A stretch of DNA of 64,000 nt from Vulcanimicrobiota bacterium (GCA_963695225.1 OY968762.1:1792001-1856000); one strand, 5' to 3'; shown: positions 1 through 11,874, counted from the stretch's first letter. Numbers and translations are program-made. Notes: a model not told the origin generated them from the sequence alone.

Positions 1-318
1 GCCGGCGACCGGGACTTCGAACTTGAAGTTGCCGGCATAGTCGGGCACGACGGTCCGGCGACTCACGACGATGTCTGGGATCTCGGAGCTGACCGTTCCG
101 AGCAACGTCAGAACGATCGGCGTGGAGGCCAGCGCTTTCCCGGAAACCGCTAGATGAAAGCTGCCGGGAATCTGACGCAGGTCGAGGGAGACGGGCGCGA
201 CGGCCGTAACCGCCACGCGATTCTGGGGTCCCGCCGCGCGGATCGCCGCGAAGCTCGGGGCCGTCGATCCGACGGTCGTCGCCAATGCGGCTAGGGCGAA
301 GGCAGTAAATCGGTTCAC
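1..318 (-). CDS. Secreted hypothetical protein, runs off the window edge (MNRFTAFALAALATTVGSTAPSFAA...)
   Basis: Manual translation. GTG at 318 preceded by GGAGG; open frame to position 1; signal-peptide-like N-terminus; divergent from the Tad locus. Not in the ORF track because it has no stop in the window. Confidence 0.7.
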   Translation of the reverse strand, partial: MNRFTAFALAALATTVGSTAPSFAAIRAAGPQNRVAVTAVAPVSLDLRQIPGSFHLAVSGKALASTPIVLTLLGTVSSEIPDIVVSRRTVVPDYAGNFKFEVPVAG

Positions 319-493
319 GCTGTGTCCTCCGGAACGGACTGTACGCCCGGTCCCGGGCGCCACGCAATGGTCATCGGCAATTCTTTACGGATTGTGTACG
401 CAATGTTGACGCGATAACGCCGATAACCGGTTGTAGAATGCTTAATGCAGGCGGGGCCATAGGTCACGTCTTCTCGTCACTCGGGGGCACCAC

Positions 494-1921
494 GTGAATC
501 ATCAAGGCTTTCGGAGCTCGCTGATCGGACTGACGATGGCGGCGGCAGCCGTCCTCGGCGGCCCCTCGGCATCGAATGCCCAAGAGGCAAACCTCCTCTC
601 GGTCGCTTCCGGCGGCTCGCTCGTGCTGCATACGGAAGGGTTGACCCGCGTTGCGGTCGGCGACGGCCGGATTGCCGGCGTCGTCCCCATCGGCACGTCG
701 CAGCTCATCGTCAATGGAAAGACGCCCGGACATACGACGTTGCTGGTCTGGGCGGGCGGCCGCCGCATCGTCTACGACATTTCCGTTTCCGAACAGAACG
801 TCGACACGATCGCCGCGATGCTTCGCAGCTCGATCAACGAGCCGGGCGTGCAAGTGGTCAGCTTCGGCAAGTCGGTCGTCGTGAAGGGCACCGTTAGTGA
901 TGCAGCCCACTTTCAAGATCTATCAGATGTAATATCGCGCTTCGATAAGGTCGCGACCGCAGAGAACTACAAGGTCGTCAACGCGGTCATCGTGCTCCAC
1001 CCGCTCGGGCAAGTGCAGGCCGAGCTTGCGAACATCCCCGGCGCCTCCGAAGTGCGAGTCGATCCCGACGGGAAGGGGAACGTGATCGTCAGCGGCCGCG
1101 TCCGCGAGCGCATGGATGCCGAACGCATCCTCGAACGGGCGCGCGGGCTCGCGGGTCTGTACCTCGCGGCGGACGGCAAAGTCCTCGACCGGCTCACGGT
1201 CGAGACCTCGAGCCAGGTGGACGTCAAAGTCTACGTCCTCGAGATCGATCGAAACGGGCTGCGGAACCTGGGCCTCGAGCTGCAAGCCGGCACGCCCGAC
1301 CCGGACAACCCGCGGAAGATCGTCCTCGGCGTGCCGCAATTCCCGATCTTCGAAGATACGTCCGGGAACAAGTCGGCGCTCAACATCGGCTCGTTCTTCC
1401 GCACGACGCTGCTCGCGCCCACGTTGAACTTGGTCGTGCAGAGCGGCCAAGCGCGCATCCTCTCGGCTCCCAACCTGACGACGATCCCCGGGCAGGAGGC
1501 GACGTTCTTGGTCGGCGGCGAGATCCCGTACGCGGTCTCCAACGGCACGAGCGGCGTGACGATCCAGTTCAAGGAATACGGCGTCAAGCTGAGACTCACG
1601 CCGACGCTTCACGGCAACGGCCAGATCGAGACGAAGATCGAGCCGGAAGTCTCCGACCTCGACTTCGCCAACGGCATCTCGCTCGGCGGCTTCGTCGTCC
1701 CCGCGCTCAAGACGAGCCGTCTCTCGACGGACGTCATCACGAAGCCCGGCGAGAGCATCGTCATGGGCGGCATGCTCCGGCGCGTCGAGACGAAGGACTT
1801 CACGAAGATCCCATTGCTCGGCGACTTGCCGATCCTCGGCCAGCTCTTCCGTTCGACCCGGTACCAATCCGGCGAAACGAACATCGTCTTCGTCATGACG
1901 CCGGAGGTCATCGTTCGATGA
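494..1921 (+). CDS. cpaC: Tad/Flp pilus secretin (CpaC/RcpA family)
   Basis: Signal peptide, T2SS/T3SS pilus N-domain (RVAVGDG..A.V), BON-like segments, secretin C-domain (ILSAPNLTT..GQEATFLVGGEIP; IPLLGDLPILGQLFRS). Confidence 0.9.
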   Translation: MNHQGFRSSLIGLTMAAAAVLGGPSASNAQEANLLSVASGGSLVLHTEGLTRVAVGDGRIAGVVPIGTSQLIVNGKTPGHTTLLVWAGGRRIVYDISVSEQNVDTIAAMLRSSINEPGVQVVSFGKSVVVKGTVSDAAHFQDLSDVISRFDKVATAENYKVVNAVIVLHPLGQVQAELANIPGASEVRVDPDGKGNVIVSGRVRERMDAERILERARGLAGLYLAADGKVLDRLTVETSSQVDVKVYVLEIDRNGLRNLGLELQAGTPDPDNPRKIVLGVPQFPIFEDTSGNKSALNIGSFFRTTLLAPTLNLVVQSGQARILSAPNLTTIPGQEATFLVGGEIPYAVSNGTSGVTIQFKEYGVKLRLTPTLHGNGQIETKIEPEVSDLDFANGISLGGFVVPALKTSRLSTDVITKPGESIVMGGMLRRVETKDFTKIPLLGDLPILGQLFRSTRYQSGETNIVFVMTPEVIVR

Positions 1922-2112
1922 ACGCCCTGCGCGAATTCGCCTGTAGACTGCTCCGCGACGAAACGGGCGCCACGATGGTCGAGTTTGCGCTCGTGCTGAC
2001 GCTGTGCTCCATGGTGGCGCTCGGCGGCTTCATCTTCGTCCAGTGGAACGCCAGCAACCAAATCCAAGGTACCGGATCGCGCATGACGGTCCAGGCGGCC
2101 AACCCATCATGA
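1918..2112 (+). CDS. flp: Flp family type IVb pilin
   Basis: 64 aa with prepilin motif RDETG|ATMVEFALV followed by a hydrophobic helix; ATGA overlap with the secretin stop. Confidence 0.85.
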   Translation: MNALREFACRLLRDETGATMVEFALVLTLCSMVALGGFIFVQWNASNQIQGTGSRMTVQAANPS

Positions 2113-2131
2113 CCCTCACGGAGGAGAACAC

Positions 2132-3109
2132 GTGATCTCGATCGCCGGAAACTCGCGGCGCCCGATCCTACGAGGCACGGCACTCGTCGAGACCGCCCTC
2201 GTCATGAGCGTCGTGCTCCTCCTGATGCTCGCCTCGATCAATCTTTCGATCGTCGGCTTCTATCAAATGTCGGCCGACGCCGCGGCCTTCTTCGACGCGC
2301 ATGCGTCGGCGCTTCGGAAATCGTGCGCGCCGCAGGGAACGATCGGGCACTCGATCTTCACGCGCATCCCCACCGGGAGCTTCTCCTGCAGCCTGATCGC
2401 GGGCCAAAGCCTGAACGTGCCGGTCACGGGATACAACTTCAACTCGAACTCGACGCGCTACGGCGGCTACTCGATCGTCCAGGGCAGCCAGATTCGCTCG
2501 ACCGTCGACGCCACGACGAGCAGCATGGGAATCATTCCCGGCACTTCGAACGCCGCGATCCTCGGGGAGGCCCTCGAGCCGCAGTTCGACGAGTACGGCG
2601 TCCACTACAACGCCGACAGCAATCAGAACCCCCTCTCTTGGTTCACCAACCGCGTCGACTACTTCACGCAAGGCGAGAACACGCCGCCGTATTTCGTCGG
2701 CTACCGCATCATGCGGTTCTGCGGCGATGCGATGACCACCGGCTCCGGCGCATCGGCGGTCGCGACGCCGTGGACGCAATGCGTGAACCAGGAATGGCAC
2801 GGCCTGGGCCTCGCGGAGTATCTCGACACCGACAACTGGGGGAGTACGAATCCGGGCATCGGGCCGCGGACCGCGACCTTCCAGTGGGCCGAATGCCACC
2901 AGCAGCTCTACGTGCAGTTCGCTAACCTGCTCGCGACGTCGTACTCGGCGTCCCTGCCGACGGTCGCTCAGGCCGCCGCGGATTTCAATCCGAAACGCGT
3001 CGGCTCGCTCCTGTACAACATCTACCAGCAGGACAACATCCAGACCGCGCCGCCGACGTGGTCCTCGGGCGTCGGCGCCTACGCGACCGCGCCCGGATCG
3101 GGGTGCTAA
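2132..3109 (+). CDS. TadE/TadG-like pseudopilin with Cys-containing extracellular domain
   Basis: RG|TALVETALV prepilin-like motif, TM helix, AADAAA-like segment; GGAG SD; Tad context. Confidence 0.75.
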   Translation: MISIAGNSRRPILRGTALVETALVMSVVLLLMLASINLSIVGFYQMSADAAAFFDAHASALRKSCAPQGTIGHSIFTRIPTGSFSCSLIAGQSLNVPVTGYNFNSNSTRYGGYSIVQGSQIRSTVDATTSSMGIIPGTSNAAILGEALEPQFDEYGVHYNADSNQNPLSWFTNRVDYFTQGENTPPYFVGYRIMRFCGDAMTTGSGASAVATPWTQCVNQEWHGLGLAEYLDTDNWGSTNPGIGPRTATFQWAECHQQLYVQFANLLATSYSASLPTVAQAAADFNPKRVGSLLYNIYQQDNIQTAPPTWSSGVGAYATAPGSGC

Positions 3110-3111
3110 CG

Positions 3112-4236
3112 ATGGAACGGCAACGCGGTCAAACCCTCCCCTTGTGGATCGGCGGCATCTTGGTCTCGCTCGCGCTGATGTTCTTCACGCTCAATTACGC
3201 GAACATGATCCGCTGGCAGATTCGGGCGCAAAACGCGGCGGACGCCGCGGCGAGCGGACTCCTCGCCATCCAAACGACGAACTGGAACCGGATGGAGATC
3301 ATGCTCTACGCGGCCGCAGTCGAGGAGTTTCGCATCCGCCGGCTGATCGATGCCGTCGTCGTGAGCGCGAACCGCTCCGGCAACTGCGTCGACCTGGCGT
3401 GGCCCGTTCAACCGGTCCCCGCAGCGACCGGCAACTCGTGCTGGAGCGATTACACGACGTTGCGCACGCAGCTCAACAAGGCGATCACGCGCTACTCGAA
3501 CGACGTGCAGCTCCTGCACGACTACACGTTCAAAGCGACGAAGTCGAACATCGAGCACGACATGCAGACGATGCTGACGCACATTCAGACGCACTGCTTC
3601 AACCAACCCGGCGGAGGCGGCGGCATCGAGGGCGCAGATTGCGCGTTCAACTACCAAATCAACTCGATGGGCGGCCGGACCGACCTGCTGGGCGTCGCGA
3701 TGGACGCGTACGTCATCCTGACGCCGCGCATCGTGAACGGCTCCATGTCCGGCCTCGTCAGCGGCTTCAACGTCTCGCAACTCAATCAGCAGCTCTGGCT
3801 CCCCGAACGAGTCGACATCGTCGCCTGCGCGACGATCCCGCCGCTCGTCCCGGGGCTCAACGCCATCGTTCGGGCCGTTCCGTTCACCGCGGTCGGCCGG
3901 GCCTCCGCGACGTCCGTCCAGGTGCTGCAAGATTGGCTGCAGCCGGGCCTCGTCGGCGATCCCGGGATCGCGAACGGCGCCGCCTTCCAATCGAGCGAGA
4001 ATCCGGCGGGCGAAATGCTCGGCAACGGCAACGACAATCCCTATTACACGATCAATTACGGCGGCAACAATAACATCGTCTATCCTCAGTACCGCGGCTT
4101 CTTAGACCCTATCGCAAACGACGAGTTCAGCGTGCAAATGGGCTGGTGGGGCTCGGTTCCGATCGCGCCGTTCGGACCGGCGGTCACGCCTGGCCAATCC
4201 GTCAGTTGCCCAGTTCCGGATTCGAGTCTCTTATGA
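3112..4236 (+). CDS. TadG-like pilus assembly protein (Tad N-terminal domain)
   Basis: ATG at 3112; [10 protein letters not shown] helix, then the AQNAADAAA motif typical of Tad/TadG N-termini. Confidence 0.8.
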   Translation: MERQRGQTLPLWIGGILVSLALMFFTLNYANMIRWQIRAQNAADAAASGLLAIQTTNWNRMEIMLYAAAVEEFRIRRLIDAVVVSANRSGNCVDLAWPVQPVPAATGNSCWSDYTTLRTQLNKAITRYSNDVQLLHDYTFKATKSNIEHDMQTMLTHIQTHCFNQPGGGGGIEGADCAFNYQINSMGGRTDLLGVAMDAYVILTPRIVNGSMSGLVSGFNVSQLNQQLWLPERVDIVACATIPPLVPGLNAIVRAVPFTAVGRASATSVQVLQDWLQPGLVGDPGIANGAAFQSSENPAGEMLGNGNDNPYYTINYGGNNNIVYPQYRGFLDPIANDEFSVQMGWWGSVPIAPFGPAVTPGQSVSCPVPDSSLL

Positions 4237-4253
4237 CCGAAGGAGCGGACCCT

Positions 4254-5576
<1,323 letters not shown>

Positions 5577-5613
5577 CCCGGGCCCGGCACGCGAGCCGGA
5601 TCGCAAAAACCAG

Positions 5614-5650
5614 AAGAGAGATGGGTGGCCCAGGCCACCCATCTCTCTTT
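5614..5650. terminator. Intrinsic terminator, probably bidirectional, ending the Tad operon
   Basis: Perfect 17-bp inverted repeat AAGAGAGATGGGTGGCC-ca-GGCCACCCATCTCTCTT; A-rich on the left, short T run on the right. Confidence 0.75.
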
Positions 5651-5704
5651 CAACTAACCGGCTCCAGCTGCCGATGAACGAGGGGTGGCAGTCGAGGGAA
5701 TCGA

Positions 5705-7138
5705 GTGACCTGGGCTCGCGGCGAGCGCCGCATCCTCCTCATCGCGATCGGGCTCGCGCTCGTCCTGCGCCTCGCGCTCGCGTTTCTGAACGACGACGCC
5801 AACGACGATCACCTCCCGGTGATCGATGCGATCGTGCGGACCGGGAGCCTCCCCGCGTCCGGGGTCTGCTTCGAGTGCTACCATCCCAAGCTGTTTCACG
5901 CGAGCGCCGCCGCCGTCGCGTACGTTCTCGGCATTCGTCCCTCGTCCGATAACGCGCCGTACCGCTTGCCCGCCCAGATCCTCTCCGCGCTCGCGGGTTT
6001 CCTCATGCTCTGGGCTGGGCGCGCCTTCATCTGGGAAGCGACCGCCGACCGCCGCATCAGGTATTGGACGCTCGCGTTGCTCGTCTGCAACGCGCCGCTC
6101 GCCGGAATCAGCATCCAGGCGACGAACGACTCCTTCGCGATCCTGTTCGGTTCGCTGGCGCTCTTGCTCGCGGCGCGCCTGACGAGGGTCGCTCCGAGCG
6201 CCCCGCTGCCCCTGCGGACGGTCGCGTTCGCGAGCGGCGCGTGCATCCTGGCGGCGCTGAGCAAGGCCAACGGACTCGTCATCTTCGCTTCCGTTGCCGC
6301 GCTGTTCGCGTGGCGAACTCTGGCACGGATCAGGTTCTCGGGGGAGCGGCGAACGAACCTGATCGCGCTCGCGCTCCTGTGCCTCCCGTTCTTCGCCGTC
6401 GTCCCGTTCGCCGGACAGTACGTCCAAGCGTTTCACGCGGCGGGGACGCCGTTCGGCAACGTCCCGAAGAACTCGCCGCCCGGACTCTGCTCGCCGGTCC
6501 TCCCGACGGAACCGGGGGGCTTCAACCGGCCCGGCGTCCTTTCGGTCTGCGAGGGATACTTCACGTTCGACCTGCCGGGGATTCTGCGCCACCCGTACAT
6601 CGAAAGCTGGGGGACGAACATCATCGGGGCGCGCAGCTCGCTCTGGACGCAGCTCTACGCTCGCTCCCATTTTCTCTTCTTCGAACAATGGCCGCCGCGC
6701 TGGGCCGGCACCGAGCCGTGGATTCTGGCTCTCGGACAGGCGACGCTCTCCCTCTGCCTGATCCCGGCGGCGATCGCGCTGCTCGGGCTGGGCCTCGGCG
6801 CAGCCTCGTTCCTGCGGGAACGAACGGCCGCCGCGCGCCTCTGGAGTCCGGCCGGCGCGGCCGTCGTCCCGGCGCTCGCCATGCTCGCCGCCTTTGCCGC
6901 CCTGAATTACCAGTATCGCGATCACGCGAGCATGAAGGCGATCTACGTCTTTCCCGTGATGTTCTCCGCGCTCTGGTGCTTCCAAAGGGGCGCCGCGGCT
7001 CTACGGGAGCGCCTGGAGGCTCTCGGCGCGAGCCCCGCCCTGGTCGAGAACGGGATCGGGAGCGCCGTCGTCGGCGCGTGCGCGCTGTATCTCGTCGCGC
7101 TGGGGGCGCTGGCGTGGAGGCTGCACCTGAAGGCGTAG
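5705..7138 (+). CDS. Multi-pass membrane GT-C glycosyltransferase (ArnT/PMT-like)
   Basis: Acidic NDDH loop after TM1, YHPKLFH, TND and SKANG motifs, many TM helices. Confidence 0.6.
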   Translation: MTWARGERRILLIAIGLALVLRLALAFLNDDANDDHLPVIDAIVRTGSLPASGVCFECYHPKLFHASAAAVAYVLGIRPSSDNAPYRLPAQILSALAGFLMLWAGRAFIWEATADRRIRYWTLALLVCNAPLAGISIQATNDSFAILFGSLALLLAARLTRVAPSAPLPLRTVAFASGACILAALSKANGLVIFASVAALFAWRTLARIRFSGERRTNLIALALLCLPFFAVVPFAGQYVQAFHAAGTPFGNVPKNSPPGLCSPVLPTEPGGFNRPGVLSVCEGYFTFDLPGILRHPYIESWGTNIIGARSSLWTQLYARSHFLFFEQWPPRWAGTEPWILALGQATLSLCLIPAAIALLGLGLGAASFLRERTAAARLWSPAGAAVVPALAMLAAFAALNYQYRDHASMKAIYVFPVMFSALWCFQRGAAALRERLEALGASPALVENGIGSAVVGACALYLVALGALAWRLHLKA

Positions 7139-7218
7139 CGCCGCAACCCCCACCGTCCGAGGGACGGATCCGCCGAACGCTACGGGCGCGCGGCCCTCTT
7201 GCCGATGAACAGAATGTG

Positions 7219-7779
7219 ATGCGTCCATCGAACGTACTCGCGGTTCTCCTTGCCTCTCTCGTTCTGGGCGCCCGCCCGGCCGGCGCGCAAGTGCAGGTGA
7301 TCATCGGAGGGCCGGACCCGACCCCCGCGCCGCGCACCGCGCATGCGGCACGCGCCCACGCGCAGACCCAGCCGCAGGCTGGAATCCAGGCGAGCAGCGC
7401 GAGTTATTCCGGGTTGGGCGCGGAAGTCGCCGACTACGCGCTCAAGTTCGTCGGAACGCCGTACGTGTGGGGCGGTTCGAGCCCGGCCGGGTTCGATTGC
7501 TCCGGCTACACGCAGTACGTCTACCGCCGATTCGGAATCTCGATCCCGCGAACCGCCGACGAACAGTTTGCCTACGGCAGAGAAGTCGCGGGCGATCCCA
7601 TCCCCGGCGACTTGGTTTTCTTCCAGACGTACGATTGGGGTGCGTCGCACGTCGGCATCTATCTCGGGAACGGCGCGTTCGTGAACAGCATCGGCGCGGA
7701 CGTGCACGTCTCGACCTTCGCTTCGAGCTACTTCACGTCGAGATATCTCGGAGCCCGCCGGTTCACCCGGACCGACTGA
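7219..7779 (+). CDS. NlpC/P60 (C40) cell-wall peptidase, secreted
   Basis: Signal peptide; GTPYVWGG..GFDCSG (catalytic Cys), PGDLVFF, SHVGIY. Confidence 0.92.
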   Translation: MRPSNVLAVLLASLVLGARPAGAQVQVIIGGPDPTPAPRTAHAARAHAQTQPQAGIQASSASYSGLGAEVADYALKFVGTPYVWGGSSPAGFDCSGYTQYVYRRFGISIPRTADEQFAYGREVAGDPIPGDLVFFQTYDWGASHVGIYLGNGAFVNSIGADVHVSTFASSYFTSRYLGARRFTRTD

Positions 7780-7790
7780 GCGCCGGCGCG

Positions 7791-9248
7791 ATGGCGGGCG
7801 CAACCTCCGAACGCGCCGAGGGACCGAACGCGCGCACGCGGGCCGCCCTCGTCATCGGGAGCTTGATCGCGCTGGCGTTCGCTTCGTTCGCGCTCGGACG
7901 CCCGTTCTATCCGCACGGTTCCGGTCCCGTCGATTTCCGCGCCTTCTATTGTGCCGGCGCCGCGGTGGCGGCGCACCGCGATCCGTACCTGACCGAACCG
8001 CTCCGTTCGTGCGAAAACGTGCTGCGGGGGTTTCCCTCCGGACGCGGCTTGGCGTTCGCGATCCCCGCACCGCTGCCCGGGTACTCGCTCGCGCCGCTCG
8101 CGTTGTTGAGCCTCCTGCCATATCCGGCGGCGACGGCGCTCTGGACCGCGCTCCTGCTCGCGAGCTTCGCGTTGACCGCGATCTTGCTGGGACGCCTTTG
8201 CACGCGCCGCATCGAGACGATCGTGGCCGCGCTCGCCCTCGCTACGGCGCTCGACGTCTACGTCGGACAACCCGTTCCGATCGTCTGCGCCGCCGTCGTC
8301 GCGGCGGCGTTTCTCGCTTCCCGCGGGCGCGACCGCTCGGCCGCGTTCGCCGCGGCGCTCGCGATGCTCGAGCCGAATATCGGCCTGCCGGCCTGCCTCG
8401 CGCTCTTCATCGCTCGCCCTCGTTCCCGTGCCGTCTTGGCGGCGTGCGGTGCGTTCCTCGCCGCGCTCTCGGTCGGGCTGCTCGGAATCGGCGCGAACGT
8501 CGAATACCTGCGCGCCGTGCTGCCCGCGCACGCGCTCAGCGAGATCTCGCACGAGGGTCAGTACAGTTTGACCTATCTCGCGCATCTCGCCGGGCTCGAC
8601 GAACGTTCCGCGAGCGCCCTCGGGACGCTCTCGTACGTCGTCATGCTGGGGATCGGCATCGCCGCCGGGCGGCTCGCCGCCGCTCGCACCGGGGAGGTCG
8701 CGCTCGCCGTGCTCGTTCCGGTCGCCTTGGCGGTCTTCGGAGGCCCATACATCCACGTGCAGCAACTGGCGATGGCGATCCCGGCGGGGCTCGTCTTGAG
8801 TTCGGGCTCGGCACGCGCCGCGCGCTCGTGCGCCGTCGCCGTCATCCTGCTCGCCGTGCCGTGGTCGGCGACGCTCTTCATGGAGCTATGCCTCCCGCTC
8901 GTCATCGGCGCAACGTTCGTCCTCGCGCTGGACCTCCTCGAGCTTTCGCCGCCGTACGCCGCCCTCGCGAGCGCTGCCTCGGCGGCGCTGCTCCTCGCGC
9001 TCTTCGCTGCGTGGGCCGCGCCGGCTCCGCCCCAGATCGCGGTCCCCGATCCGCGCGAGGGGGCCGCGCTCGCCGAAGCGGGCTGGCGAACGTACGTCGA
9101 GGCGAACTTCCACGCGAACGCCGTCCCGTATGCGTTCGCCAAGGTGCTCGCGTGGTGCGGCCTCGTCCTGATCGCGCTCGCTTCGCTCGAACGCGCGCCG
9201 CGGCCCCAGGCACGCCCGCAGCCGCAGCCGGTTCGCAATGCCGGCTGA
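7791..9248 (+). CDS. GT87/DUF2029-like membrane glycosyltransferase, paralog 1
   Basis: DFRAFYCAG..DPY, P.P motif, GQ motif, multiple TM helices. Confidence 0.7.
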   Translation: MAGATSERAEGPNARTRAALVIGSLIALAFASFALGRPFYPHGSGPVDFRAFYCAGAAVAAHRDPYLTEPLRSCENVLRGFPSGRGLAFAIPAPLPGYSLAPLALLSLLPYPAATALWTALLLASFALTAILLGRLCTRRIETIVAALALATALDVYVGQPVPIVCAAVVAAAFLASRGRDRSAAFAAALAMLEPNIGLPACLALFIARPRSRAVLAACGAFLAALSVGLLGIGANVEYLRAVLPAHALSEISHEGQYSLTYLAHLAGLDERSASALGTLSYVVMLGIGIAAGRLAAARTGEVALAVLVPVALAVFGGPYIHVQQLAMAIPAGLVLSSGSARAARSCAVAVILLAVPWSATLFMELCLPLVIGATFVLALDLLELSPPYAALASAASAALLLALFAAWAAPAPPQIAVPDPREGAALAEAGWRTYVEANFHANAVPYAFAKVLAWCGLVLIALASLERAPRPQARPQPQPVRNAG

Positions 9249-10638
9249 ACGCAGGCGAAGCGCCCTGGTCATGGCGGGCCTGCTCGCCCTCGCGTCGCTC
9301 TCGTTCGCGCTCGCGCGCGCACATTACGCGTCCGGAGCGTGGGCGCTCGATTTCCGCGCGTTCTATTGCGCCGGAGCCGCCGTCGCAGAGCACCGGGATC
9401 CGTATCTCACGGAGCCGCTGCGCTCGTGCGAAAACGCCGTCCGGGGTTTTCAGCCCGGGCGCGGGTTGCCGTTCGCGCTCCCCGCACCGCTACCGGGCTA
9501 CGCGCTCGCGCCGTTCGTCCTCCTCAGCCGGCTTCCGTTTTCGCTCGCGTCGGCGCTGTGGGCACTGCTCCTGTGCGCGAGTTTCGCCTCGACCGTCGCC
9601 CTGCTCGCGCGGATGAGCGCGCTCGGCGCAGGGACCGTCGTCGCGGCGCTCGCGCTCGGGACGGCGTACAGCATCTCCATCGGACAGATCGTTCCCATCG
9701 TCTGCGCGGCCGCGGTCGCGGCCGCGTACTTCGTCTCCCGCGGACACGACCGCTCCGCGGCGCTCGCCGCGGCCCTGGCGACGATCGAGCCGCACCTGGG
9801 GCTCCCGATCTGCCTCGCGCTCTTCGTCGCACGACCGCGCGCTCGCATCGTCCTGCTCGCCTGCGGCGGGATTCTCGCCGCCCTCTCCGTCGGGCTGCTC
9901 GGGATCGCCGCGAACGTCGAGTTCGTGCGCGACGTGCTCCCGGCGCACGCGCTCAGTGAGATCTCCAACGAGGAGCAATACAGCCTCTCGTACGTCGCGC
10001 ATCTCGCCGGGCTCGACGAGCGCGTCGCGGGCGCGCTCGGAACGTTCTCGTACCTCGCGATGCTCGCCGTCGGCATCGTCGCAGGGCGGGCGGCGGCCGT
10101 TCGAACCGGCCGCGACGCCCTGCTCGTGCTCGTGCCGGCGGCCTTGGCCGTCCTCGGCGGACCGTTCGTCCACGTGCAACAACTCGCGATCGCACTTCCC
10201 GCGGCGCTCGTCCTGTGCGGTCTGCGCGGACGGGAGGCGCGCGCGTGCGCCTTCGCGGTCGTGCTCCTCGCCGTACCCTGGACCGCGAACGACTTCTTGA
10301 CCCTCAACCTTCCGGTCGTCGCCGGCGTGGCGCTCGTCCTGGCGCTCGACCTCTTCGAGCTCTCGCCGCGAGCCGCCGCCTTCGCCGGCCTGGCGGCGGC
10401 GCTCTCGATCGCGCTGCTCGGGGCGATCTCCGTCAACGCGCCCGTCGTGCTCGCGCCGTACGATCCGCGCGACGGCGCGGCGCTCGCCGAAACCGGGTGG
10501 CGCGCCGTCTCGGATGCGAACTTTCACGCCAACGTGGTCCCGCGTGCCCTCACGAAGATGCTCGGATGGTGCGGCTTGATCCTGATCGCGGTCGCGGCGC
10601 TCGGGCGCCGGGGAACGCTAGAGCGGCGCCCCGGCTGA
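9238..10638 (+). CDS. GT87/DUF2029-like membrane glycosyltransferase, paralog 2 (start may be ATG 9271)
   Basis: Collinear with the upstream gene, with identical blocks (DFRAFYCAGAAVA, HRDPYLTEPLRSCEN, VLPAHALSEIS, HVQQLA). Confidence 0.7.
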   Translation: MPAERRRSALVMAGLLALASLSFALARAHYASGAWALDFRAFYCAGAAVAEHRDPYLTEPLRSCENAVRGFQPGRGLPFALPAPLPGYALAPFVLLSRLPFSLASALWALLLCASFASTVALLARMSALGAGTVVAALALGTAYSISIGQIVPIVCAAAVAAAYFVSRGHDRSAALAAALATIEPHLGLPICLALFVARPRARIVLLACGGILAALSVGLLGIAANVEFVRDVLPAHALSEISNEEQYSLSYVAHLAGLDERVAGALGTFSYLAMLAVGIVAGRAAAVRTGRDALLVLVPAALAVLGGPFVHVQQLAIALPAALVLCGLRGREARACAFAVVLLAVPWTANDFLTLNLPVVAGVALVLALDLFELSPRAAAFAGLAAALSIALLGAISVNAPVVLAPYDPRDGAALAETGWRAVSDANFHANVVPRALTKMLGWCGLILIAVAALGRRGTLERRPG

Positions 10639-11874
10639 AGGCTCGAGCGCGTGGCAGAGTTCGCGCAAGAACGAAGCGCTGTCCATCACGAGGCCGATCG
10701 TCTGGATCGACCCGCGGTCGGTCAACTTTGTGACGCTCGCCGGGTTGATGTCGACGCAGATCACCTTGCACGAGGCGGGCAGCAGGTTCCCGACCGCGAC
10801 CGAGTGGAGCAGCGTCGCGATCATCAACGCCATGCCGATCTGGGGGACGTAGCGGCGCATCGCGCGCTGCGCCTCGACGACGTCCGCGATCACGTCGGGG
10901 ATCGGGCCGTCGTCCCGGATCGAACCGGCCAGCACGACGGGGATCCCCTTGCGATACGCCTCGTACATGATGCCGTCCCGCAGCATCCCCGAGGCGATCG
11001 CGTTCGCGATGCCGCCGGCCGCGCGCAGGCGATTGACCGTGCGCAGGTGGTGGACGTGCCCCTCGGCGACGGGGAAGGCGCTCGCGAGATCGACGCCTAG
11101 CGAGGTCCCGAAGAACTGCGACTCGATATCGTGAACGGCGAGCGCGTTGCCGGCGAACAACGCGGTCACGTAGCCGTCGCGTATCAGTTGTTGTAAGTAT
11201 TTGCCGGCGCCCGTGTGGACGATCGCCGGCCCGCCGACGACGAGGACGCGCCGCCCTGCCGCCAGGGTCGCGCGCAATTCGCGCGCGACTTCGGCGACGA
11301 GCGATTCCTTCGGTTTCTCGCTCGAGACCGCGCTCGACATGAACTCGAAAACGTCCTTACGGCGCGGCCGTTGCAGCGCTTGGACGCGCACGCCCCCGTG
11401 CCCGACGACGACCGGATCGCCCTCGCGCACGTCCGACGGCGGGACCGTGCGCGCGATTCCGTCGCGCACGACGATCGCGCAATCCATCTCCGGCAGTTCC
11501 ACCGCAATCCAGCGACCGTCGATGCGGACTTCCGTGTCGAGGTTCGTCGTGGCGTAGAATCCCTCGGGGAGGACTCCGTCGCGAGGGACCGCCTCGAGCG
11601 ACGCGTCGTCGTCTTCGAGGACGAACGCGCCGATCGCGCGCAACTTATCGAGCAACTCGTCGAGCGCATCGCCCGAATCGGCTTCGATCACGATCCGCGC
11701 CGTGCTCGGCTCGGTCGCGGTCTTGCCGACGGCGAAATCGTCGATCGTGTAGCGGGCGTGCTCGTTGTCCATGATGATTTCGAGCACGTGGCCGAACACG
11801 CCGGAATCGAGGATGTGCCCGGTGAGTTCGATTTCCTTGACGAATGTGCCGCCGTCACCGGCCAGGATCGACAT
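10618..11874 (-). CDS. TIGR00300/LOR-SDH family protein, putative ornithine cyclodeaminase (ArgZ/AgrE C-terminal type)
   Basis: GHILDSG, PEGFYATTN, FEFMSSAVSSEKP, GGPAIVHTG, GNALAVHDIE, LAGSIRDDGP, LHSVAVGN, KLTDRGS; GGAG SD before ATG 11874. Confidence 0.85.
   Translation of the reverse strand: MSILAGDGGTFVKEIELTGHILDSGVFGHVLEIIMDNEHARYTIDDFAVGKTATEPSTARIVIEADSGDALDELLDKLRAIGAFVLEDDDASLEAVPRDGVLPEGFYATTNLDTEVRIDGRWIAVELPEMDCAIVVRDGIARTVPPSDVREGDPVVVGHGGVRVQALQRPRRKDVFEFMSSAVSSEKPKESLVAEVARELRATLAAGRRVLVVGGPAIVHTGAGKYLQQLIRDGYVTALFAGNALAVHDIESQFFGTSLGVDLASAFPVAEGHVHHLRTVNRLRAAGGIANAIASGMLRDGIMYEAYRKGIPVVLAGSIRDDGPIPDVIADVVEAQRAMRRYVPQIGMALMIATLLHSVAVGNLLPASCKVICVDINPASVTKLTDRGSIQTIGLVMDSASFLRELCHALEPSAGAPL

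Noticed and set aside
406..439. Sigma70 promoter TTGACG/TAGAAT before the secretin
   Set aside because: The spacer is 22 nt, too long for the pair to act together.
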